Positions 52,875 to 62,616 of a DNA stretch of 64,000 nt are shown here, in pieces. Every line of letters starts with the position of its first letter. Position 1 is the first letter of the stretch. The position numbers and the translations under genes are program-made. Under the pieces are notes generated by a model, which searched no databases, was not told the origin of the DNA, and saw only the letters and a program-made list of their open reading frames with translations. The stretch comes from Bacteroidota bacterium (GTDB lineage: Bacteria; Bacteroidota; Bacteroidia; Flavobacteriales_F; PHOS-HE28), in assembly GCA_023418095.1 (NCBI GenBank), contig JAEZDL010000078.1, forward strand, positions 142 to 64,141, in the 5' to 3' direction.

Positions 52875-53114
52875 GATATGAATGATTTGATCACACCGGT
52901 CCTGGATCATAAACCCGTGCCAGAGCGTGCCTGATAGCGGAAAACCGAACTCCATTCACAAAGCTGATCGGGGCGTGTTGGGTTTGAGCAACCCGATCCG
53001 TGGGGTGCATCGGCCACAGAATGCTGGAACATCGGCAGGCTGTTCCCTCTTTCTGCGGCCCGATCCTTCTGCACATCAAAGATCCCGGCCAGATCCGGCA
53101 TGGATCTGTAGGGT

Positions 53115-53528
53115 GTGGATCACGTGAGAACGATCATCACGATATTGATCCTGGCGGTTTCCGCTTCTTTGCATGGACAGGATGTCCCGGCAGGAGCATC
53201 GCCCACCGATCGCTCCCCGGTGCAAACACCCGTGGAAGAAGCACGGGCACTTTCAGGAACGTTGAAGGACCTGTTGGGCCAGGTGCATAAGCAACTCGGC
53301 CGGATCGACCAGGAATTGAAGATCTCGACCACTGAAAAACAGAATTCGATCCTCGCCGATCAACTGGAGGATATGATGGAAGCCCGGGCGGATCTTGAAC
53401 AAGCTTTGGACTTGGTGAACAGTACACGACCACAGGATATGAAGAACATCCGATCGGAAGTGGATGATGTGATCCGATCGGTGAAGGAGGAACTTGAAGA
53501 GATCGGATCGACTTCCGCCGTGAACTAA
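53115..53528 (+). CDS. secreted coiled-coil protein, function unknown
   Basis: GTG start (53115 or 53124), signal peptide RTIITILILAVSASLHGQ, then a helical E/L/K/D-rich sequence. Confidence 0.5.
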   Translation: MDHVRTIITILILAVSASLHGQDVPAGASPTDRSPVQTPVEEARALSGTLKDLLGQVHKQLGRIDQELKISTTEKQNSILADQLEDMMEARADLEQALDLVNSTRPQDMKNIRSEVDDVIRSVKEELEEIGSTSAVN

Positions 53529-53566
53529 GAGCGAGGCGGCTCATGGCGGCAGAAGGGCCGTTGCCT

Positions 53567-54019
53567 TTATGGGCGACGGCCCTTTCCTTTTGGCCGCAGC
53601 GCCAGGTACCGATCCTCCATTTCGCGCATGCTCTTTTTCTGCGCCGCGGTCTTGTCGCGGTGGCCGAGCAGGTGCAACAATCCATGCACCATCACACGCT
53701 CCAGTTCCGATCGCAGGCTCACATTGAACGTACGCGCATTCTCGCGGATCCGATCATAGCTCATGAGTATGTCGCCGCTGATGCCGGTCCCGGTCTGTCC
53801 ATCGAATGTGATCACATCGGTGTATTCGTCATGATCAAGGTACCGGCGATTGAATTCCAACAGGGCATCATCGCTCATCAGAACATAATTCAACTCCCGC
53901 AGCTGATGGCCATGATCCCGCGCCACCGACGCCAGCCATTGACGCAATGCCGCCCGGTCCCTGAAGGCGGATGGAACCCCTTGTGACTTGAATGTGATCG
54001 ATGCGGCGGTACGGCTCAC
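53567..54019 (-). CDS. ybeY: rRNA maturation endoribonuclease YbeY
   Basis: Zinc motif RVMVHGLLHLLGHRD. 150 aa. Confidence 0.93.
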   Translation of the reverse strand: MSRTAASITFKSQGVPSAFRDRAALRQWLASVARDHGHQLRELNYVLMSDDALLEFNRRYLDHDEYTDVITFDGQTGTGISGDILMSYDRIRENARTFNVSLRSELERVMVHGLLHLLGHRDKTAAQKKSMREMEDRYLALRPKGKGRRP

Positions 54020-54453
54020 TCCGCCACCGGCTTCAAACTGAAGGCAAGGATCGCAGTGGCTCCATTGTCCATGAACTCGACCTCATCGGCGAGAGCGCGC
54101 ATAAGGAACACCCCGCGGCCGTGCGGCTTCTCCAGGTTCTGTGGATCGGTCGGATCGGGAAGGTTCTCATGGTCGAAGCCGGGACCCTGATCCTGCACCA
54201 TGAAGATGATGCGGTCGCCTTTCTTCTCGTAACCCAGTGTTACCGTTTTGGAGGGATCGAGCCTGTTGCCATGGTGGATCGCATTGTTCACGGCCTCTGT
54301 GAGAGCGATCAGCAAATTGCCGTAGATGCTTTCGTGCACCTCGTACCGCGCACATGCCTCATCGATCAACTTCTCTGCGATCGCGATGTTCTCCGCCTTA
54401 GCCGGAAAATCGATCCGCTGCGTGAATTCCAACTCTTGGGTCAATGCTGCCAT
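54016..54453 (-). CDS. GHKL ATPase, anti-sigma-factor kinase-like (RsbW/SpoIIAB type)
   Basis: N-box LTEAVNNAIHHGN, G1 VQDQGPGFD and G2-like HGRGVFLMRAL. 145 aa. The stop overlaps the ybeY start. Confidence 0.8.
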   Translation of the reverse strand: MAALTQELEFTQRIDFPAKAENIAIAEKLIDEACARYEVHESIYGNLLIALTEAVNNAIHHGNRLDPSKTVTLGYEKKGDRIIFMVQDQGPGFDHENLPDPTDPQNLEKPHGRGVFLMRALADEVEFMDNGATAILAFSLKPVAE

Positions 54454-54461
54454 GGGACTTC

Positions 54462-57400
54462 TCAGGGTCGGTCAAATGTACCGAAATAGGCGTTCACGCG
54501 ATCGCGGTAATAAGGCTTCAATCCCGGGGGCACTGTTCGCAACAATTCCGCCTCGCGCGCCTTGCGCCGGTGATGTTCGAAGAACCGGGCCGGATCGGGT
54601 GCTGGCTGATCCCGGCCTTCATTGCTGGTGCGTTTCTGATCGAGTTCGCGTTCACGTTCGGCCTTCTCATGTTCGAGCAGGCGTGTCATTATATCCTGCT
54701 GGCGTCTCATGGTCTGCTGATCGATCTTCTTGTTCACGATATCCTTCTCCTGCTTTTCCATCTCCTCGGCGAGCTTCTGAAGGCCGTTCCCTGATCCGCT
54801 TCCATCCTTGTTCAATTCCTGCGCGAGCCGCTGCATCTCCTTGCGGATCGCAGCCTGCTGGGCCGCCATCTGCGCCATCTGCTGGCTCATGCCCGGCATA
54901 CCAAGTCCACCTGGATTCTTCTCTCCCGGCTTTTCTCCAGGTTTCTTTCCTTTCTCCATCGCCTTCCGCATTTCCTCCAACTGCTTCTGAAGTGCCTCCT
55001 GCTGCGCCTTCATCTTGGCCATGCTCGGCTTGTTCCCCTGGCCCTGGCCGCTACCGGGTTTGCTGCAACTGCCACTGCCCGGTTTACCCTGTTGCATCAT
55101 CTGTTGCATCATCTGCTGCAGCGCTTCATCAAGCAACAAGGCGAGGTTGTTCAGTGAAGTCATCGCATGTTGTTGCTTATCGGCGGCCATCGGTTTGAAA
55201 CGTTCGTTCGCGCGCGCTTCGCCGAGATGTTCCACCGCCTCGTCCATGTTGGAATTCACCGCGTTCATTTCGCGGTTCACGATGCCCTCCAACTGCGGAA
55301 CGCGCTTGCTGAGCGCGAAAAGCGAATCCTCGATCACCTTTGCATCATCGCGAAGTTTCCGTTGCTCCCGGCCATGTTCCATGAAGCGCGGATCGCGGAT
55401 GTTGGTTGTGGTCATCTCCTCCATCACCTGCTCCTGATCGAAGCTCAGGTGCACGATGTTCTCCAACAATTGACGAAGCGCATCCATGTCCTCCTCCTGC
55501 TGTTCCTGCGCATTGTCCGCCATGGCGCTCTCCATCTGGAAGGCCATCTGTTCCATTTTCTCCGCAGCGTTCTTCTGTGACCCGCTCGCTTTCTGGTTCT
55601 GTTTCTTCTGAAGTTGATCGCTGCTCTGCTGCTGATCCTTCTGGATCTCCTGTTCCTGCTGATCGGTATCCGGCAGATCCATGGGCTGCTCCAGTTCGGC
55701 GTTCTTCTCCTGAAGCTTGTCCATTTCCTCTCGAACCTGTTCGAATTCCTTGTTCAATTCATCCTGCTTTTTCTGGAGTTCCTCCTGATCGGCCTTCCCT
55801 TCCTTCGTTTCCTCAGCGAGCTCATCCTGCTTTTCGGCAAGGTCCTTCAGTTGTTCGGCCAGATCGGTAGCTTTCTGTTCCACCTCCATCTGCTTGAAAA
55901 GCTCCAGCGTGCGATCGAGTTCCTTCTCAATGTCCTCCTGGCTCAACTGCATATCCTTCAATTGCTCCTGCAGTTGCTCCTTATCCAGCGCCTCCATCAT
56001 CTCCTGCACCTTGCGGTACAGTTCCTTCATCTCCTCGGTGAGCACGTTCTCGAAAAGCTCCTGGATCTGTTGTTGCTTTTCAAGCAACTGCTCGTCCATC
56101 TGGCGGAATTCCTGCTGTTGCTGCTGGCTTTCGCGCAGCTGCTGCGTGTTCTGTTCGATCCGCTGTTGAAGCTCCTTCTGCCGGTCGAGCACATTCTGCA
56201 TCTTCTGCTTGTCCTGCCAGCCAAGCTCCTTCTTGTCCAGCATTTCGCGGCGCAACTTCTCCAATTCCCGCTGGATGTCCTGTGCCTCCCTGATGCTTTC
56301 GGTCAATTCGCTCTTGATCGTTCCACTGCTCTGCTCCTGTTGCTCGGATAATTCCTTCAGTGTTGGTGCGGCGAATACCTGCACAGCGCTCCGTGCGCTC
56401 TTGCTTCCGTTCACACCATCATTGTCCCACACCTCGAACCAATGTTCCACCCGATCGCCCGGGTTGATGGTGAGATCGTACAATTCCCAACTATGGAAGA
56501 ATTCCTGGCGGGCCGCTTTCCTGTCGATCGGAAGTTCCATGGAGCCACTGCGCCGATCGGCGGCTACACTATCGCCACCTGTAACGAACCTGTAATGGAA
56601 AACCAATCTTTTGAAACCGTGGTCGTCACCGATCTCACCGCGGTAGAAGAGACGCTTGATCGCTGTACTGTCCGTGCGCGTTTCCACCTGGATCGTGGGG
56701 TGCAGATCGGGGATCACTTCAACCCGGTAGCTGAGCGGATCGGGCGCGATGCGATCACCATTGCCCGGGCTCATGCGGTACGTATGGCTGCGGAGGAAAC
56801 GCCGCTCCATATTGAAGCGATCGCTACGGCCGGTGGCATCCACGGAATGGATCACATGCGTGGTATCGTCAAAGATGAACTCGAGCCGATCCGCGCTTCG
56901 TGCGTTCACGTTCCACTTCACCTCAGTGCCTGCCGGGATATTCAGATCGCCCATGTTGTGCACGGTCTCACTGGCGATGCCCAGATAATCCGGATAATCG
57001 AGCTCCATGCTGAAATCAAGCAGCAGTGGATCGGGGATCGTGCGCAGGGTGTGCATCCCGGAATTGAACCCCTCAGCGGTGAAGCGGAAATCCACCGGTT
57101 CACGCACATTGCGGAATCGATGCTGGAATCGCGTGGCATCCTTCTTCACCAGTGGGATCCGCTGGCCATTTATATCAAGCTCCACCAATTGCGGGATCGC
57201 CGATCCCTCCAACTCGACGACGAGTTCGAAATCCTGCTCCTCCGGGACCACCAGTTCATCATTCAACACCACGAAACGGAAAGGTGCTTCCGGGATGAAT
57301 TCACTGCCATGTGCGATGATGCGCTTCGTAGGGCCGGTGATCAGGCTCGGTGCAGCGAACAACAGGATGACCAGCACTGCGAGCGGTGGTAATGCGTAAC

Positions 57401-57875
57401 GCAAGTAGCGCGTGTTCCGGCGCAGGTCGATCGCGCTTGAGAAGGGCACCGGCACCAGTTCCCGGCTTCGCTGTTCGATCGCAGCATCGATCAATGCGCG
57501 CTGCTGCGGCGAAACATCGCTCATTTCACGCAGCTGCAATGTGTTCAGGAGCTTGTCCTTCACTTCACTGAAGTGCGTGCCGATGATGCGCGCCGCTTCC
57601 TTGTGGCCGATCACTTCACCCAGGCGGAACAACTTAACCAGCGGGATGGCGATGAAACGAACAAGAATGAAAAGCGCCGACGCGATCGTTCCCCAGAACA
57701 TGGCCGTACGCGCAGCGGTGCCGAAGCGGCCAAGGTGTTCCAGCAACGCCACAGCGAGAAAGACCAGCACCAACAGGCCCAGACTGTAAAGCGCGCCGCG
57801 GATCAGCTGGTCCTGGTAGTACCGGCGGATGAACACATCAAGCTTGGCGATCAGGTGATCGAGTTCTGTAGGCAT
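54462..57875 (-). CDS. giant membrane-anchored coiled-coil protein (DUF4175-like)
   Basis: Start trimmed to MPTELDHLIAKLDVFIRRYYQDQ. Two N-terminal TM helices are followed by a beta-rich region of about 450 aa. Then comes an E/Q/K/M-rich predicted coiled coil of about 400 aa and a conserved-looking C-terminal end VPPGLKPYYRDRVNAYF. Confidence 0.8.
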   Translation of the reverse strand: MPTELDHLIAKLDVFIRRYYQDQLIRGALYSLGLLVLVFLAVALLEHLGRFGTAARTAMFWGTIASALFILVRFIAIPLVKLFRLGEVIGHKEAARIIGTHFSEVKDKLLNTLQLREMSDVSPQQRALIDAAIEQRSRELVPVPFSSAIDLRRNTRYLRYALPPLAVLVILLFAAPSLITGPTKRIIAHGSEFIPEAPFRFVVLNDELVVPEEQDFELVVELEGSAIPQLVELDINGQRIPLVKKDATRFQHRFRNVREPVDFRFTAEGFNSGMHTLRTIPDPLLLDFSMELDYPDYLGIASETVHNMGDLNIPAGTEVKWNVNARSADRLEFIFDDTTHVIHSVDATGRSDRFNMERRFLRSHTYRMSPGNGDRIAPDPLSYRVEVIPDLHPTIQVETRTDSTAIKRLFYRGEIGDDHGFKRLVFHYRFVTGGDSVAADRRSGSMELPIDRKAARQEFFHSWELYDLTINPGDRVEHWFEVWDNDGVNGSKSARSAVQVFAAPTLKELSEQQEQSSGTIKSELTESIREAQDIQRELEKLRREMLDKKELGWQDKQKMQNVLDRQKELQQRIEQNTQQLRESQQQQQEFRQMDEQLLEKQQQIQELFENVLTEEMKELYRKVQEMMEALDKEQLQEQLKDMQLSQEDIEKELDRTLELFKQMEVEQKATDLAEQLKDLAEKQDELAEETKEGKADQEELQKKQDELNKEFEQVREEMDKLQEKNAELEQPMDLPDTDQQEQEIQKDQQQSSDQLQKKQNQKASGSQKNAAEKMEQMAFQMESAMADNAQEQQEEDMDALRQLLENIVHLSFDQEQVMEEMTTTNIRDPRFMEHGREQRKLRDDAKVIEDSLFALSKRVPQLEGIVNREMNAVNSNMDEAVEHLGEARANERFKPMAADKQQHAMTSLNNLALLLDEALQQMMQQMMQQGKPGSGSCSKPGSGQGQGNKPSMAKMKAQQEALQKQLEEMRKAMEKGKKPGEKPGEKNPGGLGMPGMSQQMAQMAAQQAAIRKEMQRLAQELNKDGSGSGNGLQKLAEEMEKQEKDIVNKKIDQQTMRRQQDIMTRLLEHEKAERERELDQKRTSNEGRDQPAPDPARFFEHHRRKAREAELLRTVPPGLKPYYRDRVNAYFGTFDRP

Positions 57876-58028
57876 CTTCGTGGTCCCTTCTTCAACGCTT
57901 CTGCGCCAAGGGCTATTGCACCCCGAAGGTACGGCACAACGGCAGTAGCGTACACGGCAGTACACGCTGCGGTGGTGGGAGGTTCAGCAACGGCTTATTG
58001 GATGATCGGTCACCGGCCCGTTCAAGAC

Positions 58029-60848
58029 TTACTGCTCCAGGACCAATCGAAGTACGGCCATTCCATTGTTATCACCTATCTGAACAAAATAGGTGCCCGA
58101 CGTTACCGCATTTAGCCGGAACTCGGCCCTGCCTTCCACTGCATCCGGTGAACCAGTGAATACGATGCGGCCGGCAACGTCCCGCACATTGATGTTCAGC
58201 ATATCCACATCAGGAGGGATGCCGTTTATGATCACATATCCTTGCGAAGGATTCGGATGTAAGCTGAATTGGATCGGTGTGGTGGCCTCACTGAGCGACA
58301 TGCCGCCGGCAACAAGGATTGAAGCTGAAAGCGTACAGCCATATGGCGTCACCAGGGTCACGCCATAGGTCCCACCGGCTTCGATCTCGATCGTTGGGCC
58401 GGTGAGATCAGGCAGTATTGAGCCTTCGTAGTACCATGTGAATACGCCTTCCGTCTCGCCTTCCACGATCAAGGTTCCCGAGCTTTCCGTGAGTTCGATG
58501 ACCGGACAGTACAGAGTGTCGGCTGAAGCCATGGCACAACCTTCCTGTGGGATCGCAACAACCTGCCAGTTGCCATAAGGAATACTATCCAGGCATGCCT
58601 CTGCCGTTGAACTGTATATCTGTCCATTGTGATACCAGATGAACTCCTCAGCAACATTATCGGTGCAGATCGTTGGCGTTGCAGCATCCAGCGTGATCCC
58701 AATGATCATCGCGCCGGAAGCATCCACCCAGACACTATCGCTGGCTGAGCATCCTGCAGGTCCCGGAACTGTAACAGTGAGGGTGTACCATTCGCTTACC
58801 GTCGCATAAACGGAAGGTTGCAGGACCGTTGGATCGGAGAGTCCATTTGCGGGGGACCACAGCGCTTGGAAGGGCAGGCAATCCACCATTTCATTGAAGT
58901 GGATACCCGAGAATGGATCATTGCCCGATATGTATAAAGTGTCACCGGCATCACTCAATAGTGTGAAACTGTTCTCAGTATTGAATAATGCTCCAGGCAC
59001 GTAAATAAGTTGCAACTCCTGACCTCCAACGACCGGAAGCGCTACTGAGATCTCGATCGCTCCTGGGACATCATGGGAATAGCTGAGCGTATCCCCATCC
59101 GTGATCACTTCGACGAATGCGCCACCGTTCCAGCCATCACCGAATGAATCGTGCAATAGCAGTGTAAAACCACAGGTACCCCCTGCGCCGATGGCACTCC
59201 CTTCCAATATTCCGGGCCCATCGCACAGATCCACAGGCTGTCCGGCCTCGACCAATGGATCTGCGATGCTTACGATCACGGTCGTATCATGAATGCAACC
59301 ATAAGTATCCATTACATGATATGTGAATGAAGCAATGCCGGTTGCGTTCGAGACTGCGGTAGCCAACCCAGGGATATCCGTGTCATTCTCAATGTTCGGA
59401 CCGCTCCAATATGCTGAATCCGGCCCTGATCCCAATTGCGGACCTAGAATAATATAGGTGGAATCGACCTCGGAGTTGAACCCATTGCACCAATTGCACA
59501 GATATCCATTGTCGGCACCCCAGAGGTCCACGATGGAGATCGTCCACGGCCCGTCCACCGGACATCCGATCAAATTGGACAATGGCTGCACCGGGCTATA
59601 TGTGTCCGGCGCCAATGCCGGGTAGCCCGAAAATGGAGCTATAACAACATTAGGTGTGGTCCCGAAGGTCGCGGATTCTTCCCACGTACCCAGCGTTGCA
59701 TTGTCATTCCAGCAGTAATACCAACAGGTACCCGGTAACGGAACATTTGTATCCGAGTCATTCGCGTCACCGAGAAATGTACTGCCTCCGCCCTGTTGAT
59801 GCAGGGTCGTTGACTGACCATTTGGACATGTAATGGCAATGACCAGGTCACCCATGTAGGAATGCTCCAGATCCACACAGATGTCCCCGAGATCTGATGT
59901 ACTGTTGATCACCGATCCAGGTACGGCACCGTTGACCATGATGGTGGATGTGAATTCGACGCCCACATTATCCGGTATGGGCAGGCCATTACCGGAAAGG
60001 GAGCAGTTCAATTGCAATGGAGCATAGGCCTGAGGCGAGGCCATGCCATTCAATACAAATGAATTTCCCGCGCATACTACAGCGGGTGCATATGTACCAT
60101 TGAAATCAGGAAGCGCACTTACGAGCACCTGGATCGGGGCCGAAGGAATGCTCGCACACCCTGCACTATCGACCACAACAACCGATACAAGACTTACTCC
60201 GCCCTCATCGAATTGCAGCGAGTGAAGGGGTACGTTCGTGGTATCCACTGCGGCACCGTTCACATTCCATATGTACGATGTGATCGATCCACCCGGAGCT
60301 GAAAAAGAACTGCTCGCATCAAATTGCATCGATCCTCCTTCGCAGGCTGTCACCTGTGGGCCGGAGCTGGATGTAAGAATTGCTGTCGGCATAGGACAAG
60401 GTGCTGACGAACAATTGATGCTTAAAGCAAAATCCCCTGTTCCGGTGCCGTTGGAAACGAATCTCACCGTGAGGCATCCGGAGGTGTTGGCTTCTGATGA
60501 GGCGACCGTTACGCCAAAACCCTGCACTCCTTGAAATACGCCGAGCAAAGGTGCGGAAGTGGTCGGCCCATCCCAGATTATCAATTGGTCCAACGAACCA
60601 GAACCTTGGAGTGAAAGATTGAACAGTGAGAACGTCAATGTCAGCCCTTCACCCTGATCCGGGCATATGGTGCTGGTTAGAACTTCGTTGTTATCGTAAT
60701 TCGAACTAGGGCCCCCACTGTCTTCAAGCACACCTGCACAACTTGTGATCGACGGCATACCGATCGTATACTGCTGCCCTTGGGTCAATGACATCGCCAA
60801 CGAGAAGAAAATCACGATCGGTAATTTCTTCAATATCATCGTATTCAT
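58029..60848 (-). CDS. multidomain T9SS cargo protein (CUB-like, PKD-like, proprotein-convertase P-domain-like, GDGW module, Ig-like modules, T9SS CTD)
   Basis: Signal peptide. CUB-like aa 27-146 (SCAGVLEDSGGPSSNYDNNE...LIIWDGP...CLTVRFVSNGTG). P-domain-like aa ~296-457 (ICVDLEHSYMGDLVIAITCPNGQ...GPWTISIVDLWGADNGYL). A DSFGDGWNGG module. The C-terminus FSLHPNPSQGYVIING...GTYFVQIGDNNG is a T9SS sorting domain. Confidence 0.85.
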   Translation of the reverse strand: MNTMILKKLPIVIFFSLAMSLTQGQQYTIGMPSITSCAGVLEDSGGPSSNYDNNEVLTSTICPDQGEGLTLTFSLFNLSLQGSGSLDQLIIWDGPTTSAPLLGVFQGVQGFGVTVASSEANTSGCLTVRFVSNGTGTGDFALSINCSSAPCPMPTAILTSSSGPQVTACEGGSMQFDASSSFSAPGGSITSYIWNVNGAAVDTTNVPLHSLQFDEGGVSLVSVVVVDSAGCASIPSAPIQVLVSALPDFNGTYAPAVVCAGNSFVLNGMASPQAYAPLQLNCSLSGNGLPIPDNVGVEFTSTIMVNGAVPGSVINSTSDLGDICVDLEHSYMGDLVIAITCPNGQSTTLHQQGGGSTFLGDANDSDTNVPLPGTCWYYCWNDNATLGTWEESATFGTTPNVVIAPFSGYPALAPDTYSPVQPLSNLIGCPVDGPWTISIVDLWGADNGYLCNWCNGFNSEVDSTYIILGPQLGSGPDSAYWSGPNIENDTDIPGLATAVSNATGIASFTYHVMDTYGCIHDTTVIVSIADPLVEAGQPVDLCDGPGILEGSAIGAGGTCGFTLLLHDSFGDGWNGGAFVEVITDGDTLSYSHDVPGAIEISVALPVVGGQELQLIYVPGALFNTENSFTLLSDAGDTLYISGNDPFSGIHFNEMVDCLPFQALWSPANGLSDPTVLQPSVYATVSEWYTLTVTVPGPAGCSASDSVWVDASGAMIIGITLDAATPTICTDNVAEEFIWYHNGQIYSSTAEACLDSIPYGNWQVVAIPQEGCAMASADTLYCPVIELTESSGTLIVEGETEGVFTWYYEGSILPDLTGPTIEIEAGGTYGVTLVTPYGCTLSASILVAGGMSLSEATTPIQFSLHPNPSQGYVIINGIPPDVDMLNINVRDVAGRIVFTGSPDAVEGRAEFRLNAVTSGTYFVQIGDNNGMAVLRLVLEQ

Positions 60849-60855
60849 GGTTCGA

Positions 60856-62616
60856 TCAATTCAAGATCACGATCCGATCGGTGAAATATAGCTTTCCATC
60901 GGACAATGAAAGTAAATATGTCCCGGGTAAAACTCCGGAAAGTACGACTGCATGGATCACTCCATTTCCAGGATCGATCCGATCAGAGTGGATCGTTCTT
61001 CCTGCAGGATCAATTATCTCCAGCGAAGTTGTCCCTGAAAAACCTTCTGCGATCACATTGACGTGATCTTTGGCCGGATTGGGAAACACTACGATCCCTT
61101 CATGCGCCGGATCCATCTCCAACACGGAGGTGATCAGATCAAGACCCGCCGTGATAACACAACCATCACCCGCATCAACTTCCACGGAATAATTTCCAGC
61201 TCCTTCAATGATCAGAAAAGGTTGGTCCGCACCTTCGATCGGTTCGCCGTTCAACAGCCATGCATAACTGTTGAAGCCCGAAGGCACATGCAGTACATTA
61301 TCGGTCTGCGTGATCTCGATCTCCGGGCAAATGATGAACGGCTCGCTGATCCCGGCACAGCCGATCGTATCCGAGGCGATCAATTGGTACGCTCCCGGTA
61401 CGATCGGTTCGATGCAAGGGCCGGCCCCGCCTTCGATCGTATCCCCATCCAACAGCCAGATCGCACCGATCAAGGTGTCCGATCCACAGATCGAACTTCC
61501 GACCTGTCCGATCGTGATCACCGGTGCGGGATGAACAACAACGGTATCCGTGGCGGTTATCACCTGTTGTGGCTGTATAGCGATCCCTAATTGACCGGTG
61601 GTCCCTCCCGCCACATTGATGAAATAAGTGCCATCTCCATTTGCAGGAATATTGAAGGTGCCCAGCTGATCGTTCTGGCTTACTCCATCCTCATCGTAGA
61701 ACGTGATCGAATACGGCGGTTGATCCAGCGACAAGGAAAGCCCGTTCCATGAAGCGGAGAACGTATTGTCCTGCGTGCTCGATCCATACGTTCCGCCATT
61801 CCCATCCGTAAGAACGAAATACAGATCGGGCGAACCCGTGCAACCGACAAAAGGCACGTTCGGTTCCTCAACATCGCCGCACCAGTTACCATTCACGCCG
61901 CTTATGGAAACGTTCGTGATCACATGGCCGCCGATCGTGGTGGTCAACGTTACCGGATGGATCCCCGGCTGATCGAATACGTGCATGGGTTCTGGATCGG
62001 TACTTGTCACACCATCCCCGAATTCCCACGTATAGGAAGTCAATGAAGGATCGCCCTCGATCAAGGCATTGAACTGTACCGGAACGCTTCCACAGCCACT
62101 TTCAGGAGAAAAGGTGAAGCTCGAGTTGCCACCGCTACCGGGCGCGATCTGCAGCAGCAGGATGAATTCCTCCGGCACCTGAGTGACAAAACCTCCCAGT
62201 TCCACGGTGGCGAGTATGTTGATCGTTATGCTGTACAGCCCGGCTATCACCGGGGTGCCACAGATCCGCGCGCAACCGAATTCGTTCTGCTGCGGAAAAT
62301 AAACTCCAGCCGGATCACTTGTTTCCAACTCAAGTCCCAACGGCAGTCCACTTATTCCGGTTACCGTCATTTGCTGGAACTGCACCGTTACACCGCTTCC
62401 CGGATCGCTGAAGCTGGCCGGCATCCAGAAGGAAAGATCGGCCTCGTAAGGCAAACCGGCAATTCCACCGGGAGGTTGTGCCGGGCAGATCGTAGGGAAC
62501 GCCGGCACGCTAACGCATGTGAGATCAGGCGTGCAGCCCGGACACTGCGCGATGGAACCGACCGGTGGAAGTAACCCAGCGATCGAGAGAACGAACATGA
62601 AAAAAGTGTTTCCCAT
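60856..62616 (-). CDS. T9SS cargo protein with PKD domain and Ig-like modules
   Basis: Start trimmed to MGNTFFMFVLSIAGLLPPVGSIAQC. The PKD motif is YTWEFGDGVTSTDPEPMHVFDQPGIHPVTLT. The C-terminal VVFPNPAKDHVNVIAEG...GTYLLSLSDGK is a T9SS sorting domain. Confidence 0.85.
   Translation of the reverse strand: MGNTFFMFVLSIAGLLPPVGSIAQCPGCTPDLTCVSVPAFPTICPAQPPGGIAGLPYEADLSFWMPASFSDPGSGVTVQFQQMTVTGISGLPLGLELETSDPAGVYFPQQNEFGCARICGTPVIAGLYSITINILATVELGGFVTQVPEEFILLLQIAPGSGGNSSFTFSPESGCGSVPVQFNALIEGDPSLTSYTWEFGDGVTSTDPEPMHVFDQPGIHPVTLTTTIGGHVITNVSISGVNGNWCGDVEEPNVPFVGCTGSPDLYFVLTDGNGGTYGSSTQDNTFSASWNGLSLSLDQPPYSITFYDEDGVSQNDQLGTFNIPANGDGTYFINVAGGTTGQLGIAIQPQQVITATDTVVVHPAPVITIGQVGSSICGSDTLIGAIWLLDGDTIEGGAGPCIEPIVPGAYQLIASDTIGCAGISEPFIICPEIEITQTDNVLHVPSGFNSYAWLLNGEPIEGADQPFLIIEGAGNYSVEVDAGDGCVITAGLDLITSVLEMDPAHEGIVVFPNPAKDHVNVIAEGFSGTTSLEIIDPAGRTIHSDRIDPGNGVIHAVVLSGVLPGTYLLSLSDGKLYFTDRIVILN

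Noticed and set aside
52905-52918. Perfect -24-like TGGCACG on the minus strand upstream of the DUF1328-like gene.
   Set aside because: The -12 position reads TATG instead of TTGC (no GC dinucleotide), so it is not a credible sigma-54 promoter on sequence alone.
54900-56400. Highly repetitive-looking DNA (ctgctg, ttcctc, ctcctg strings), considered as a tandem repeat or CRISPR-like array.
   Set aside because: There is no fixed period and there are no unique spacers. The repetitiveness is codon-level low complexity of the E/Q/K/L coiled coil.
54326-57392. Several long plus-strand ORFs (54326-55198, 55614-56351, 56442-57392) opposite the giant coiled-coil gene.
   Set aside because: They are L/F/S/C-rich low-complexity translations produced by reading E/Q/K codon repeats backwards. 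The minus-strand frame gives a coherent TM plus coiled-coil protein.
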